In this document: piece after piece, positions 14,992 to 25,563 of the stretch | How the letters are laid out: each line of letters starts with the position of its first letter | Position numbering within the stretch: position 1 is the first letter of the stretch | DNA from: Escherichia phage vB_EcoS_CEB_EC3a | Length of the DNA: 44,234 nt | Strand: one strand, 5' to 3' | Sequence record: NC_047812.1 | Program-made: the position numbers and the translations under genes | Notes under the pieces: generated by a model | The model's database searches: none | What the model saw: the letters and a program-made list of their open reading frames with translations, nothing else | Told to the model about the DNA's origin: nothing

Positions 14992-15311
14992 AACGAGCGG
15001 TGTATCTACAGTACCAGTCAGAGCCAACTGATGCCGAACTGGAAGCTATTGGGATGCGCCGCTCTGATTACGAAGACGAAGAGCCTGAAGTTTTAAACTT
15101 CGACGAAAACATGATGAAAGCGTGGGACATTTATTGTTCAATGGCTACGCAGTGGAGAGTCGGAGCTAACGGAGCTACAGGGATGGATTACAACGTGCTA
15201 AATTTCCTCTTTAGAGTGTATAATGTCTCTGAAGAAGAATTGGTGCTCAGCGATTTACGCATCCTTGAAGCTAAGGCTCTTGAGATGATGGATAACCTGA
15301 GAAAAAAATAA
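14677..15311 (+). CDS. Tail assembly chaperone frameshift product (lambda gpGT analog)
   Basis: A -1 slip on A_AAA_AAC (14982-14988) joins the G frame to ORF 15000..15311, which has no ATG of its own. Confidence 0.65.
14982..14988 (+). promoter_or_regulatory. Programmed -1 ribosomal frameshift heptamer A_AAA_AAC
   Basis: X_XXY_YYZ heptamer in the zero frame (gtA AAA AAC taa). The -1 frame stays open to 15311. Confidence 0.65.
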
Positions 15312-15330
15312 CCCGCTTCGGCGGGTTTTC
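15311..15330 (+). terminator. Intrinsic terminator (weak U-tract)
   Basis: ACCCGC-ttcg-GCGGGT followed by TTTTC. Confidence 0.55.
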
Positions 15331-15346
15331 TATTATGGAGGCTTAG

Positions 15347-18325
15347 ATGGCAACAAATGAATTAGCCGGAATCACACTAGCCGTAGACGTATCTCAGGTA
15401 GACAGGGGTACGCAATCCCTACAGAAGTTCAGACAGGCCAACCAGCAAGCCGCTTCCGGTATTAGTGAGTTCGTCAATGCTGAGCAGGTTGCGAAAAACC
15501 AGGCTAGAGATACCGCTCACGCACTTGCTGAGCAACAAGCATCTTTAGCTAAATTGCAAACTGCTATTGATCCAACTGCGGCAAAGTTCCGTAAGCTGCA
15601 AGAGGCGGCTGTAGGACTTGATAAGGCATTTGCTGCTGGCGTAGTTCCTGATGAGGAGTTTTTCCGATTAGGTGAGGCCCTTGAAACGCAGAACGCAAAA
15701 CTTGCTCGCTCTCGTGCGGCACTAACTGAGGAGGGTAGAGCAGCCGCGCAAGCTGCAAAAGATAAAGCAAAAGCAAAGGCTGAAGCGGATAGGTTCATTG
15801 CATCACTTGAGCGACAGGCTCAAGCAGCGACATTGACGCGTGAGGAGTACTTAAAGTTACAGGCTGCTCAGCTTGGCGTAAGCTCTCAGGCAGCACCTAT
15901 TATTGACAGAATCGCAGAGGCTTCAGAGAGGGCTAATGTTCAATTAGCAAACCAAAGTAAGGCGTTTCTGAGATCAGGATTAAGTGCCGGTCAATACAGG
16001 AATGCTATCAGGATGCTTCCGGCACAGATAACTGATATTACCACGTCATTAGCTAGCGGCATGCCTGTTTGGCTTATTGCAATCCAGCAGGGTGGGCAGA
16101 TTAAGGATAGCTTTGGCGGTATTGGCAACACATTTAGATTCGCGCTTTCAGCCTTAAATCCATTCAATGTTGCTGTTGGTGTTTTGGGTGGGGCGCTTGT
16201 AGCTCTTGGTGTTGGTGCGGCTCAGGCTGAAAGTGAATTCAGGGCGTTAAACTCCGCAATTGCGTTCTCCAACAACTCTACAATAGCATCAATCTCGCAG
16301 GTTAGAGAGTTGGTTAGCTCCGTATCTGATGCTACTGGCGCCACCAGGGGCCTTGTAACCAGCATCGCAACAAGCCTTGTGGAGCAAGGAAACCTTACGC
16401 TAACGCAGATTGACAAGATTACCAAATCGACAGCTAGATGGGCGCAGTTGACAGGTAAAGATGCGAAGGAAATTACTGGTTACTACAACCAGATTGCAAG
16501 CGACCCAATTCAGGGCTTAGTTGATTTGGATAAGCGCTTTAACTTCCTCACTAAGGGGCAGTTGACGACAATCGAAAACCTAAGAAAGACAAAGGGAGAA
16601 GTTGAGGCCGTTACTGCTGCGATTGATATTTTCAGCAAGTCGCAGGAAGCAAACCTTAACGACATTGCAGCGCAGTTAACTCCACTTGAGTTGGCCTGGA
16701 ATGATTTTAGAAAGTACATCTCTGATATCTGGGATGCAATTAGTCGTAGAACGGTTGGGGCGCTTAACCTTTTTGTTGACGTAATCGCCGGAACAATTGA
16801 GCAGATCAGGGTATTCATTAACCAGGGTGATGTGCTGATTGGTGAATTCGTAATTAGCGCAACCCAGGCATTGCAGAACATTCCTGGTCTTGACGGCGTT
16901 GGTGATGATGTTATCAAGGGTCAGCAAAAGATTATCGATGCGGCTAAGAAACAAAACCTTGAGCTAGAAAAGTCTATCAGGGAGCGAGATGCAAGAATCA
17001 GGGAAGGAGAGCTTGGTTACGTTACTCGCAGGGAAAATCAGAATACGAATGAGCAATCGGGTACTGATGAGGAATTTGCGAAAAGGAGGAAGGCACTTAA
17101 GGAAGAGCTTGACGCGATCAAGAAGAATAGGAAAGAGGAAAATGGGAGGGTTAAGGAGCAAAGAGATTTAACAATTGGTTATGAATCTGGTGTCCTAGCG
17201 CTTCAGGCCCAGCTCAAGGTGCTTCAGGAAAATAGGGATATTGGCGCAGTAATAAGCAATGAGCGCAAGCAGTATCTTCAGGAGGAGGCCAAATTCAGGA
17301 TTCTTGAGCAGAGACAACTTGATGGCTCAATTACCAAAGAGCAAGCAAGACTTCTCATTGAAAAGGATAAAGTTCTTGAGTTAGCCAGACAGAAGGCTGA
17401 GCTAGGTGATCAGATTGTTTTGCAGGAGCGAGCTAATAAGTTAGCTGAAGATAACCGCAAGAAGATTCTTCAGATTAACAATGAGGCAAGTAACATTGAT
17501 TTGGGTGCTGGTTTATCATCTCGCGAGCAGCAGAGAGCCAAAGAGATTCAGGCTCTTCAATCCAATCAGGTTAATGCTGGTGGTTCTGTTGATGATGTTG
17601 ATTTTCAGCAATTACTGGAAGCAAGAAAGGAATACTACAAGCAGGAGGATAATCTTAGGTCAGACTGGCAATCCGGTGTAACATCCACTCTCGACGACTT
17701 GACAGAGAAGTACACTGACTACAACCAGATTGCTAAGGACTTAACTGTTGCGGCATTCGATGGAATTACAGAACAGATTACAAACCTTGTAACCACTGGT
17801 GAGACTAATTTCAGAGATTTCACAGCAAGCATCCTCAAAATGATTGCGAAGATTGCAACTCAGTTACTTTTGGTTAAGGCTATAGAATCAACATTAACTA
17901 GTTTTGGCGGTGGGGGAGGTAATGCGTTTGGCTCTTTTGCATCTGCTATAGGCTTTGCTGGTGGCGGTTACACTGGTGATGGTGGGAAGTATCAGCCAGC
18001 AGGTACGGTTCATCGCGGGGAGTTTGTATTCACAAAAGAAGCTACAAGCCGAATAGGTGTCAAAAACCTTTATGCGCTAATGAAGGGTTACGCAAACGGC
18101 GGCGCGGTTGGTGGTCCTTCAGGATATGCAAATGGCGGCTTGGTTTCTGGTGGTTCAGATGTTAATGTTAGCGGAATTACTGTTAACGTCAATGGTGGCG
18201 TTGGTAGCGACCCAGAGCATGCCAAAGCATTGCAGAGCGGCGTCAAGGCTATCGTAGCGGAAGAAATTGCTCAGTCTTTCCAGCAGGGTGGGCGTGCTTA
18301 TGCTTACCTTCGCGGATTCAACTAA
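15347..18325 (+). CDS. Tape measure protein
   Basis: 992 aa; the second-largest ORF of the tail block (after the 1141-aa gpJ-like gene), at the canonical tape-measure position after the G/GT chaperones. Coiled-coil N-terminal and central regions, hydrophobic segments, Gly-rich C-terminus. Confidence 0.9.
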   Translation: MATNELAGITLAVDVSQVDRGTQSLQKFRQANQQAASGISEFVNAEQVAKNQARDTAHALAEQQASLAKLQTAIDPTAAKFRKLQEAAVGLDKAFAAGVVPDEEFFRLGEALETQNAKLARSRAALTEEGRAAAQAAKDKAKAKAEADRFIASLERQAQAATLTREEYLKLQAAQLGVSSQAAPIIDRIAEASERANVQLANQSKAFLRSGLSAGQYRNAIRMLPAQITDITTSLASGMPVWLIAIQQGGQIKDSFGGIGNTFRFALSALNPFNVAVGVLGGALVALGVGAAQAESEFRALNSAIAFSNNSTIASISQVRELVSSVSDATGATRGLVTSIATSLVEQGNLTLTQIDKITKSTARWAQLTGKDAKEITGYYNQIASDPIQGLVDLDKRFNFLTKGQLTTIENLRKTKGEVEAVTAAIDIFSKSQEANLNDIAAQLTPLELAWNDFRKYISDIWDAISRRTVGALNLFVDVIAGTIEQIRVFINQGDVLIGEFVISATQALQNIPGLDGVGDDVIKGQQKIIDAAKKQNLELEKSIRERDARIREGELGYVTRRENQNTNEQSGTDEEFAKRRKALKEELDAIKKNRKEENGRVKEQRDLTIGYESGVLALQAQLKVLQENRDIGAVISNERKQYLQEEAKFRILEQRQLDGSITKEQARLLIEKDKVLELARQKAELGDQIVLQERANKLAEDNRKKILQINNEASNIDLGAGLSSREQQRAKEIQALQSNQVNAGGSVDDVDFQQLLEARKEYYKQEDNLRSDWQSGVTSTLDDLTEKYTDYNQIAKDLTVAAFDGITEQITNLVTTGETNFRDFTASILKMIAKIATQLLLVKAIESTLTSFGGGGGNAFGSFASAIGFAGGGYTGDGGKYQPAGTVHRGEFVFTKEATSRIGVKNLYALMKGYANGGAVGGPSGYANGGLVSGGSDVNVSGITVNVNGGVGSDPEHAKALQSGVKAIVAEEIAQSFQQGGRAYAYLRGFN

Positions 18326-18355
18326 TTAACGGGGCTTCGGCCCCTAAGGATTTTT

Positions 18356-18706
18356 ATGGCTATTGATACTTTTAACTGGTGCACGCAAATCCAGGGTGGA
18401 TCAGCATCTTTCAGTAACACCAACAACGTGCGAATTGTTAGCTTTGGCAATGGTTTTGAGCAAAGAGGAACAGGAGGCTACCGCAGTAATAAACGCAGCT
18501 ACCAGATGACCTACACTAACAAGGATTGGCGGGAGGTTATGGATTTCTGCTTCAACCACATCATTACCCCGTTCTTCTGGACAACTCCGCAGGGTGATAC
18601 ATCAATGTTTGTGATTCAACAGGATAGTATTAGCGTGACACCAGTCAGTAAGGAAGTTCAGACTGTAAACATGCAATTCGTGGAAGTATTTAGCTCAATG
18701 CGTTAA
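18356..18706 (+). CDS. Minor tail protein, lambda gpM-like
   Basis: 116 aa, first gene after the tape measure. M-L-K-I-J order is conserved. Confidence 0.75.
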   Translation: MAIDTFNWCTQIQGGSASFSNTNNVRIVSFGNGFEQRGTGGYRSNKRSYQMTYTNKDWREVMDFCFNHIITPFFWTTPQGDTSMFVIQQDSISVTPVSKEVQTVNMQFVEVFSSMR

Positions 18707-18711
18707 ACTAG

Positions 18712-18731
18712 GCCCCATTAGGGGCTTTTTT
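18712..18731 (+). terminator. Intrinsic terminator/attenuator
   Basis: GCCCC-atta-GGGGC followed by T6. Confidence 0.7.
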
Positions 18732-18744
18732 ATTGGAGAAAATC

Positions 18745-19500
18745 ATGTTAAGTCCAAAGTTTGAAAATCAGTTGCAAAGTCTTTTCCCAGGCGAGATTGT
18801 GACTCTAATCCAGGTTGACGGAACCTCATTTGGCTCTCTCGTTTATTCGTTCCACAATGAGAACATTTCATACACGCCAGAGGAAATCATGCTAGCCCAG
18901 ATGAATGGGGAGCCGCTACCAGAGAAGACTATTACATTTCGCGGTGAAGAGTATGGCCCTAGACCTTTCGGTATATCTGGCATCAATATGACCTCTGACG
19001 GCAAGGCCAACAAAGTTACACTAACAGTATCAAACGTAGACCAGCGCATTAGCGCCTTGATTCGAACATACAACGGACTTGTTAAAGCTAAGGTTACCAT
19101 CTGGATTACTACGCGAGATAACATCAATGAAGACGGGAGTATTGCTGATGGAGATTATCGCAAATTCGTTTACTTCATTGAGCGACCTAAGCAGGTTGAT
19201 TACAAAACTGCGTCATTTGAGCTTAGTAGCCCGATGGATATGGATGGCATTTATATCCCAGCGAGACTTGTTCAGTCTGTTTGCTACTGGGCTTCTAGGG
19301 GTTGGTATCGTAGCGGGAATGGGTGTGCTTATGCTGGAAATAGATACTTTAATAAGGATGATGAGCCAGTGGCAGATCCTTCATTAGACTTCTGTGCAGG
19401 AACTGTTAACAGTTGCAAGCTTAGATTTGGTGAGAATAATCAGTTAGATTTTGGCGGCTGCGCTGCCGCAAGCCTTCAGGCTAAAGCCAACCAGAGTTAA
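18745..19500 (+). CDS. Minor tail protein, lambda gpL-like
   Basis: ATG 18745 follows GGAGAAAATC. The C-terminal Cys cluster (CYW...GNGC...C..TVNSC) resembles the gpL Fe-S ligands. Confidence 0.8.
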   Translation: MLSPKFENQLQSLFPGEIVTLIQVDGTSFGSLVYSFHNENISYTPEEIMLAQMNGEPLPEKTITFRGEEYGPRPFGISGINMTSDGKANKVTLTVSNVDQRISALIRTYNGLVKAKVTIWITTRDNINEDGSIADGDYRKFVYFIERPKQVDYKTASFELSSPMDMDGIYIPARLVQSVCYWASRGWYRSGNGCAYAGNRYFNKDDEPVADPSLDFCAGTVNSCKLRFGENNQLDFGGCAAASLQAKANQS

Positions 19501-19510
19501 GGGGAAATAA

Positions 19511-20269
19511 ATGTTAACACCAAAAGTTAAACTGGAAATATTCAAGCACGCAAAAGAGGTTTACCCGCATGAGTGCTGTGGAGTTGTCACGCAGAAGGGT
19601 CGGGCCCAGAAGTATCACAGAATCACCAATGCAAGCAAAGATCCTGAGAATGAATTCATCCTTGACTCAAATGAGTATGCAGATATTCTCTTTGAGTTGG
19701 CTCACAATGAATCTATTGTTTACGTAGTTCACTCTCACACTGGTGATGGTGCCACAACAAGACCCAGTCCTGCGGATATCTGTAGCTGTAACGAGTGCGA
19801 GATTCCTTACGTTATCGTAAGCATCCCAGAGGGAGATATGCGGATTCTTGAGCCATCAACCATGCCTCTGATTGGTCGACCCTGGGGCCTTGGTAGCTTT
19901 GATTGCTGGGGATTAGTCATGGAATTTCACAAGAAATACGGCGTAAAAATGAATGACTACCGCGTTAATTACCCGTGGTGGGAGAAGCGGTACAATGAAA
20001 ATATCTATGACGACAATTGGATTAAGGAAGGATTTGAGCTGGTAAAAAATTCAGATATTCCGATTGGCTCAATGATTATGATGCAGGTGCAAAGTGAGGT
20101 TACAAACCACGCTGGAATCTACATTGGCAACAACAGATTCATTCATCACCTTTATGGTAAAATGAGCTCAGTTGATATCTACTCCGATTACTGGCGAGAG
20201 CGCACTGTGCGAATCGTTCGCCATAAGGATTTACCAGAGGATGTAATTTATGACCCAGAAACTGATTGA
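19511..20269 (+). CDS. Tail tip protein, lambda gpK-like (JAB/MPN + NlpC/P60)
   Basis: JAMM motif HSHTGDGATTRPSPAD. NlpC/P60-like Cys (FDCWGLV) and downstream His. Confidence 0.85.
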   Translation: MLTPKVKLEIFKHAKEVYPHECCGVVTQKGRAQKYHRITNASKDPENEFILDSNEYADILFELAHNESIVYVVHSHTGDGATTRPSPADICSCNECEIPYVIVSIPEGDMRILEPSTMPLIGRPWGLGSFDCWGLVMEFHKKYGVKMNDYRVNYPWWEKRYNENIYDDNWIKEGFELVKNSDIPIGSMIMMQVQSEVTNHAGIYIGNNRFIHHLYGKMSSVDIYSDYWRERTVRIVRHKDLPEDVIYDPETD

Positions 20270-20822
20270 TATTAAGTTAGGCCTGTCTCTAGGTCGCAAG
20301 TTTGGCAAGCTTCATCAGATGGCAGTGAATAGCGTACCCGAGGCGATGCGAGCTCTTTGCTCCCAGATTCCAGCCTTCAAGGAGTTCATGAATAGCCATG
20401 TAGGGCAAAACACAAGGTACGCCGTTTTCGTTGATGGCAAAAATGTGAACGAACATCGAATCTCTGATTTCAGTGCCGTTCAGGAGATACGCATCTTGCC
20501 AATCCCGCAAGGCCGAAAGTCAGGCGGTTTGTTTCAAACAATTTTGGGTGCCGCGCTTATCACGGTAGGTATCTTCACTGGTCAGATTTATCTTGTCGGC
20601 GCTGGCGTTTCCCTAGCTGCGGGTGGTATTGCTCAGCTGTTATCACCGCAAGCAACTGGATTGAAGACTCAGAACAACCAAACAAGCAACCGTGCATCAT
20701 ACGCATTCGGATCCGCTGTAAACACAGTGGCCGCTGGATATCCAGTCTGCCTACCATATGGCTATCGAACGGTTGGCGGCTCGGTGTTTAGTGCTGGCAG
20801 CTACGCCGAAGACAATGCTTAA
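20250..20822 (+). CDS. Tail assembly protein, lambda gpI-like
   Basis: 190 aa, overlaps the end of gpK. Gly-rich hydrophobic central segment. Confidence 0.75.
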   Translation: MTQKLIDIKLGLSLGRKFGKLHQMAVNSVPEAMRALCSQIPAFKEFMNSHVGQNTRYAVFVDGKNVNEHRISDFSAVQEIRILPIPQGRKSGGLFQTILGAALITVGIFTGQIYLVGAGVSLAAGGIAQLLSPQATGLKTQNNQTSNRASYAFGSAVNTVAAGYPVCLPYGYRTVGGSVFSAGSYAEDNA

Positions 20823-20830
20823 ATATCATA

Positions 20831-20851
20831 CCCGCCTAGTGCGGGTTTTTT
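20831..20851 (+). terminator. Intrinsic terminator/attenuator
   Basis: CCCGC-ctagt-GCGGG followed by T6. Confidence 0.7.
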
Positions 20852-20863
20852 ATTTAGTGTAGA

Positions 20864-23800
20864 ATGGCACAAATGATCAAAACAAACATGAGGCTTCGTG
20901 ATATGGCTGAAGAGATTAAGATTTATGGTGCTAAGGGTGGTAGCCAGAAGCAGCACCAACCAGTGGAGCAGGAAGACAACCTCATTTCACTAAACAAGGT
21001 TAAGGTTTTGCTTGCTGTCGCTGACGGAGAGGTGGATTCAAACTTCTCAATGAAGGATTTATACCTTGCTGACGTTCCCGTGCAAAACCAGGATGGTAGC
21101 TACAACTACGAAGGTGTTCGCGCTGAGTTCCGTGCTGGCACGCAGTATCAGGAATATATCGCTGGTCTTGATGGTGCCAACTCAGAGATTCAGGCTTCCA
21201 GAGAAATCACGAACGATACCCCGTACATCATTGCGGTTAACAATACTCAGCTATCAGCGATTCGAATTAAGCTATTTTGGCCTCGACTAGTTAAACAAGA
21301 GAGTAACGGTGACCTGAATGGTATAACTTGCGAGTATGCAATTGACCTTTCCGTTAATGGTGGTGCTTACCAGGAATACACTCGCGGAGTTGCTAACGGG
21401 AAGACCACTACAGGTTACGACCGCAGCATTCGCGTGAACCTTCCTGCAGAGTTTGATAGCGCATTGGTTCGCATCCGTAAGATTACAGCAGATTCAACAA
21501 GTAGCACGCTGGTTAACGGAATGCAGATTACAACCTATCAGGAAGTAATCGACGCTAAATTCCGCTATCCGCTTACGGCACTTGTTTATGTTGAGTTCGG
21601 CTCTGACTTGTTCCCTAACGGCATCCCGACAATCTCAATCAAGAAGCGATGGAAGTTAATTCAGGTCCCAACGAACTATGATCCTGAGACTAGAACCTAC
21701 AGCGGCACGTGGAATGGCCTGTTCAAAATGGCGTGGTCAAACAACCCTGCCTGGGTTCTTTATGACTTAGTGACAAACCGCCGATATGGTCTTGATCAGC
21801 GAGAGCTTGGTGTAGAGATTGATAAATGGGGACTGTATGAAGCTGCGCAATTCTGCGACCAGATGGTGCCGGATGGTAAGGGTGGAATGGAACCGCGATA
21901 TCTATGCGACATGGTTGTACAGAACAAGGTTGAGGCCTACACACTAATTCGTGACATTTGCTCAATCTTTCGTGGACTGACTTTCTATGATGGAGAAAAG
22001 ATTGGTATCGTGGTTGATAAACCTCGCAATCCATCTTACATCTTCACTAATGATAACGTTGTAAACGGATTATTCAGCCGCACTTTTGCCAGCGATAAAA
22101 GCCTTTACACTACGGCAAACGTTCAGTTTGATGATGTGGAGAACAACTATCAGCAGGATGTTGAGCCAGTATTTGAGCTCGAGGCTACTCGCCGATTTGG
22201 TTTTAACCCGGTCGACCTAACGGCAATTGGATGTACGCGAAGAAGTGAAGCAAACAGACGCGGAAGATGGCTACTGAAAACCAACCTGAGAAGCGAAACT
22301 ATCAGCTTCACTACCGGGTTGGAAGGCATGATTCCGATGATTGGTGAGGTTATTGCGGTTAATGACGCTGCATGGTCGAGCAACTACCAGTTAAACCTTT
22401 CCGGTCGTATTGAATCAGTTCAGGGATTGCAGGTTTTCACCCCGTTCAAAGTTGACGCGGCACCGGGTGACAGAATTCTTCTGAACAAGCCTGACGGAAG
22501 CCCGGAAGCAAGAACTATCGCCAGCGTTTCGGAAGATGGTAGAACTATCAACCTGAATACTGCTTTTAGTTTTGTAGCTCAGCCTGACACTGTATTCGCA
22601 ATCGATAAGGATAATCTGGCGCTTCAGCAGTATGTTGTGACCGGGATTCAAAAAGCAGATTCTGATGGTTCGGATTCATTCCAGTATACGATTACCGCGG
22701 TGGAGTATGACCCGAACAAGTATGACGAGATTGACTACGGCGTTAACATTGTTGACCGTCCAACTTCAATTGTGGAACCTGACAGATTATCGCCACCAGA
22801 AAACCTGACCGTGTCAAGTTATAGTAAGGTTGTTCAGGGCTTGTCGGTTGAGACGATGGTTATCGGATGGGATAAGGCTCCATACGCTAAAACCTACAAT
22901 GTTCAATGGAGGAAAGAAAATGGTAACTGGATTAACGTACCCAGAACAGCAAGTACAGAGGTTGATATCGAAGGTATTTACGCAGGAATCTATGACGTTA
23001 GGGTTCGCAGCGTATCAGATACTGAAAACGTGTCTGCCTGGTCTGACATTGTAACTGTATCACTAACTGGCAAGATTGGTCGTCCCTCTGCACCTACGGT
23101 TATCACGGCATCAAATGATGAAGTATTTGGTATCCGTGTTAAGTGGGGTTTCCCTGATGGCTCTGGCGATACTGCTTATACTGAACTTCAGCAGGTTGCT
23201 GATAATGGTGATGGTACATACAATCCTGATAACGCAAGTTTGCTTACGTTACTTCCGTACCCAGCCTATGAATACTGGCATACGCCAATTCAGCCAGGCA
23301 AGGTTATCTGGTATCGCGCAAGATTGATTGACAGAATCGGAAATACGTCTGATTGGTCTAATTTCTCAAGAGGCATGAGTACTGACGACGCCAACATTAT
23401 CAATGATTACATCAAGGTTGATATTGAGGGTTCTGAAGGATTCAAATACCTCGAGCAGAATGCGATTCAAAAGAATCAGGACATTCAGAATCAGGCAGAG
23501 TCAATTCTTGAGAACGCATTAGCTAATGACACTGATGTTCGTCGCATGACTAAGGAGAATGGCAAACGTAAGGCTGAATATGTTCAGGCGGTGAATCTCA
23601 TAGCTGATGAAACTCAGGCGCGTGTAGAAGCTCTAACGCAGCTTAAGGCGCAAATTGATGATGAGGTCGTTGCATCAATTACTGAAGTTCAGACAGCGTT
23701 AGCAACCGAGACGGAGGCAAGAACTACATCCGACACTCAGCTATCAGCAAGAATTGGTGATAACGAGGCAGCGTTAAACCAGAAGCTGGACGCTTTTGCT

Positions 23801-24289
23801 AACGCCACATCGACTGGCGTACAGTACGGGATTAGCCTTGGCCTGAAATACAATGGGCAGACTTATTCATCCGGGATGAGCATGGAGCTTGTTGGCACCG
23901 GTGGGAATGTTCGCAGCCAGTTCATTTTTGATGCAAACAGATTCGCGATCAGTAACGGCATTGGCTCTGGTTCCGGTCAGTGGCAGCTCCCCTTCGTTGT
24001 CGAGAACGGAAACGTAATCATCCAGAGCGCAGTAATCGGTGATGGTTCAATCAGTAACGCGAAGATTGGTAACTTTATTCAGTCAAATAACTATGTGGCA
24101 GGAACTACAGGCTGGAGGATTGATAAATCAGGAAGTGCAGAGCTAAGCAACGCCACTGTAAGAGGTAATCTTTACGCTAACAATGGTAACTTCGCATTCA
24201 ACGGAACCAATAACACTGTTCAGATTAACAACAATGGAATTACGGTAAACTTACCGAACGGAGGTAGAGTTGTAGTTGGAGTGTGGTAA
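20864..24289 (+). CDS. Central tail fibre/host specificity protein, lambda gpJ-like
   Basis: 1141 aa, last gene of the M-L-K-I-J cluster. Contains FN3-like repeats and a coiled-coil region. Confidence 0.9.
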   Translation: MAQMIKTNMRLRDMAEEIKIYGAKGGSQKQHQPVEQEDNLISLNKVKVLLAVADGEVDSNFSMKDLYLADVPVQNQDGSYNYEGVRAEFRAGTQYQEYIAGLDGANSEIQASREITNDTPYIIAVNNTQLSAIRIKLFWPRLVKQESNGDLNGITCEYAIDLSVNGGAYQEYTRGVANGKTTTGYDRSIRVNLPAEFDSALVRIRKITADSTSSTLVNGMQITTYQEVIDAKFRYPLTALVYVEFGSDLFPNGIPTISIKKRWKLIQVPTNYDPETRTYSGTWNGLFKMAWSNNPAWVLYDLVTNRRYGLDQRELGVEIDKWGLYEAAQFCDQMVPDGKGGMEPRYLCDMVVQNKVEAYTLIRDICSIFRGLTFYDGEKIGIVVDKPRNPSYIFTNDNVVNGLFSRTFASDKSLYTTANVQFDDVENNYQQDVEPVFELEATRRFGFNPVDLTAIGCTRRSEANRRGRWLLKTNLRSETISFTTGLEGMIPMIGEVIAVNDAAWSSNYQLNLSGRIESVQGLQVFTPFKVDAAPGDRILLNKPDGSPEARTIASVSEDGRTINLNTAFSFVAQPDTVFAIDKDNLALQQYVVTGIQKADSDGSDSFQYTITAVEYDPNKYDEIDYGVNIVDRPTSIVEPDRLSPPENLTVSSYSKVVQGLSVETMVIGWDKAPYAKTYNVQWRKENGNWINVPRTASTEVDIEGIYAGIYDVRVRSVSDTENVSAWSDIVTVSLTGKIGRPSAPTVITASNDEVFGIRVKWGFPDGSGDTAYTELQQVADNGDGTYNPDNASLLTLLPYPAYEYWHTPIQPGKVIWYRARLIDRIGNTSDWSNFSRGMSTDDANIINDYIKVDIEGSEGFKYLEQNAIQKNQDIQNQAESILENALANDTDVRRMTKENGKRKAEYVQAVNLIADETQARVEALTQLKAQIDDEVVASITEVQTALATETEARTTSDTQLSARIGDNEAALNQKLDAFANATSTGVQYGISLGLKYNGQTYSSGMSMELVGTGGNVRSQFIFDANRFAISNGIGSGSGQWQLPFVVENGNVIIQSAVIGDGSISNAKIGNFIQSNNYVAGTTGWRIDKSGSAELSNATVRGNLYANNGNFAFNGTNNTVQINNNGITVNLPNGGRVVVGVW

Positions 24290-24295
24290 ATGATT

Positions 24296-24318
24296 AGGCC
24301 CCTTTCGGGGCCTTTTCT
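24296..24318. terminator. Bidirectional intrinsic terminator
   Basis: AGGCCCC-tttc-GGGGCCT with T-runs, between convergent gpJ and RBP genes. Confidence 0.75.
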
Positions 24319-24319
24319 T

Positions 24320-25282
24320 TTAGTAGAAGTTTGGAATAAATGGAAGTGCCATTGATATGTTTGTGTCGAAAGGGAACCGGGCGCCAGTCTGGGTTGAATA
24401 GTTACCTATTACAGAGCCAGGAACAGCCCTAACAGAGCCTCCAGACATGCAAATGCCCTTGTATCGCAAGTTGTTATACCCTCCAGTAACTCTAGTCGTA
24501 GCGCCACATCTAAGAAGCGGGAAGAATCCACCATTTATTGACTGATATACATTGCTTATTTGTATAAATCCACTAAGTACAAATGGTCGCCTAACGCTGG
24601 AGAAAACAATCTGACCAGAGCTATTTGACATTGTAAGACCGGGTCCAGCTACTGGAGGTTCATTCCTGAATATCACCAACTGAACGTAAGTGCTTGCCGC
24701 CACGTCATCTATGCCACCATAGTTTACATCACGGCACCATATCGTACTGCCATCACTCTCCAGAGACACATTTGGGTTATCCCACTTACCAAATGGTATT
24801 CCGCTAACTGGTAGCGACGCTGCCCCGTTAACCTGTATACCTCCAACCCATGCTGCTGACATTAGTCTCGAGTTGCTTGATATAGCAAGGAAGTCAGTTG
24901 AGTTCTCAATGAGTATCCCTGGACTTGATGAAGATGAAGCCGGTAGTATCTCAAAGCAATTCCCAGCAAAGTCAATTATTCGACCTCTGGCACCATTGAA
25001 GTTGCTGAGCGTTATCCTACCAGTGCCGTCATTTACCTTTTGAAACCCGTTCATGTAATAAACTTCGGGTATAACATCATAAGCGTCAACGTGGACCGCC
25101 TTCGTTGGTAGGCAGAAAGCCGTAGAGCCAGGGGACATTGTCAATCCAAAATCCCAAGAACTTGCTGGGGTTGAAAGTCCATTGGTATTTATTGATCCAG
25201 TCACAGCAGGTGCCCTTAACCCTGCCGTAATCTCCATAGCTGGTCTTCCGTCATTGAGGTCAATCAATATACCCTGAGGCAT
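24320..25282 (-). CDS. Putative terminal receptor-binding protein (RBP)
   Basis: ATG 25282 overlaps the lipoprotein stop (TAATG), with AGGAG 9 nt upstream. 320 aa, inverted downstream of gpJ and paired with a lipoprotein, as in T5 pb5/llp and T1-like RBP loci. Confidence 0.6.
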   Translation of the reverse strand: MPQGILIDLNDGRPAMEITAGLRAPAVTGSINTNGLSTPASSWDFGLTMSPGSTAFCLPTKAVHVDAYDVIPEVYYMNGFQKVNDGTGRITLSNFNGARGRIIDFAGNCFEILPASSSSSPGILIENSTDFLAISSNSRLMSAAWVGGIQVNGAASLPVSGIPFGKWDNPNVSLESDGSTIWCRDVNYGGIDDVAASTYVQLVIFRNEPPVAGPGLTMSNSSGQIVFSSVRRPFVLSGFIQISNVYQSINGGFFPLLRCGATTRVTGGYNNLRYKGICMSGGSVRAVPGSVIGNYSTQTGARFPFDTNISMALPFIPNFY

Positions 25283-25524
25283 TATTTCCACTCCTTACTG
25301 CCGTGATCTGCAACAGAACCGCCGTAACCGCCACCAGTGGCCTTAATTCCATCGTATCGCACATCAACTTCACCAGCTGGTACAATCACACCATTTTTCC
25401 ATTTAGCTACGCACACGCCGTTTGCTTGGGTTGCACACCATCCATCAGGTCGAGGACCTGAAGAACAACCTACCATCATGATTACTGCTGCGGCGATGAT
25501 TGCTGATTTGATTAAGTTAGTCAT
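25282..25524 (-). CDS. Superinfection-exclusion lipoprotein (Llp/Cor-like)
   Basis: 80 aa. Signal peptide plus lipobox MMVGC|S. Adjacent to the RBP. Confidence 0.7.
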   Translation of the reverse strand: MTNLIKSAIIAAAVIMMVGCSSGPRPDGWCATQANGVCVAKWKNGVIVPAGEVDVRYDGIKATGGGYGGSVADHGSKEWK

Positions 25525-25563
25525 TTTGAATTCCTCATTAAGTTGTTTCGTTTCGATGTGGTA

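Noticed and set aside
15517-17681. Multiple antisense or alternate-frame ORFs inside the tape measure gene
   Set aside because: These are shadow ORFs of a long repetitive coding region. None has an SD or synteny support.
18331-18344. GGGGC-ttcg-GCCCC hairpin after the tape measure gene as a terminator
   Set aside because: No U-tract follows, and the gpM SD/ATG starts 12 nt later. It is more likely a stabilising or attenuating stem-loop, so it is not listed as a terminator.
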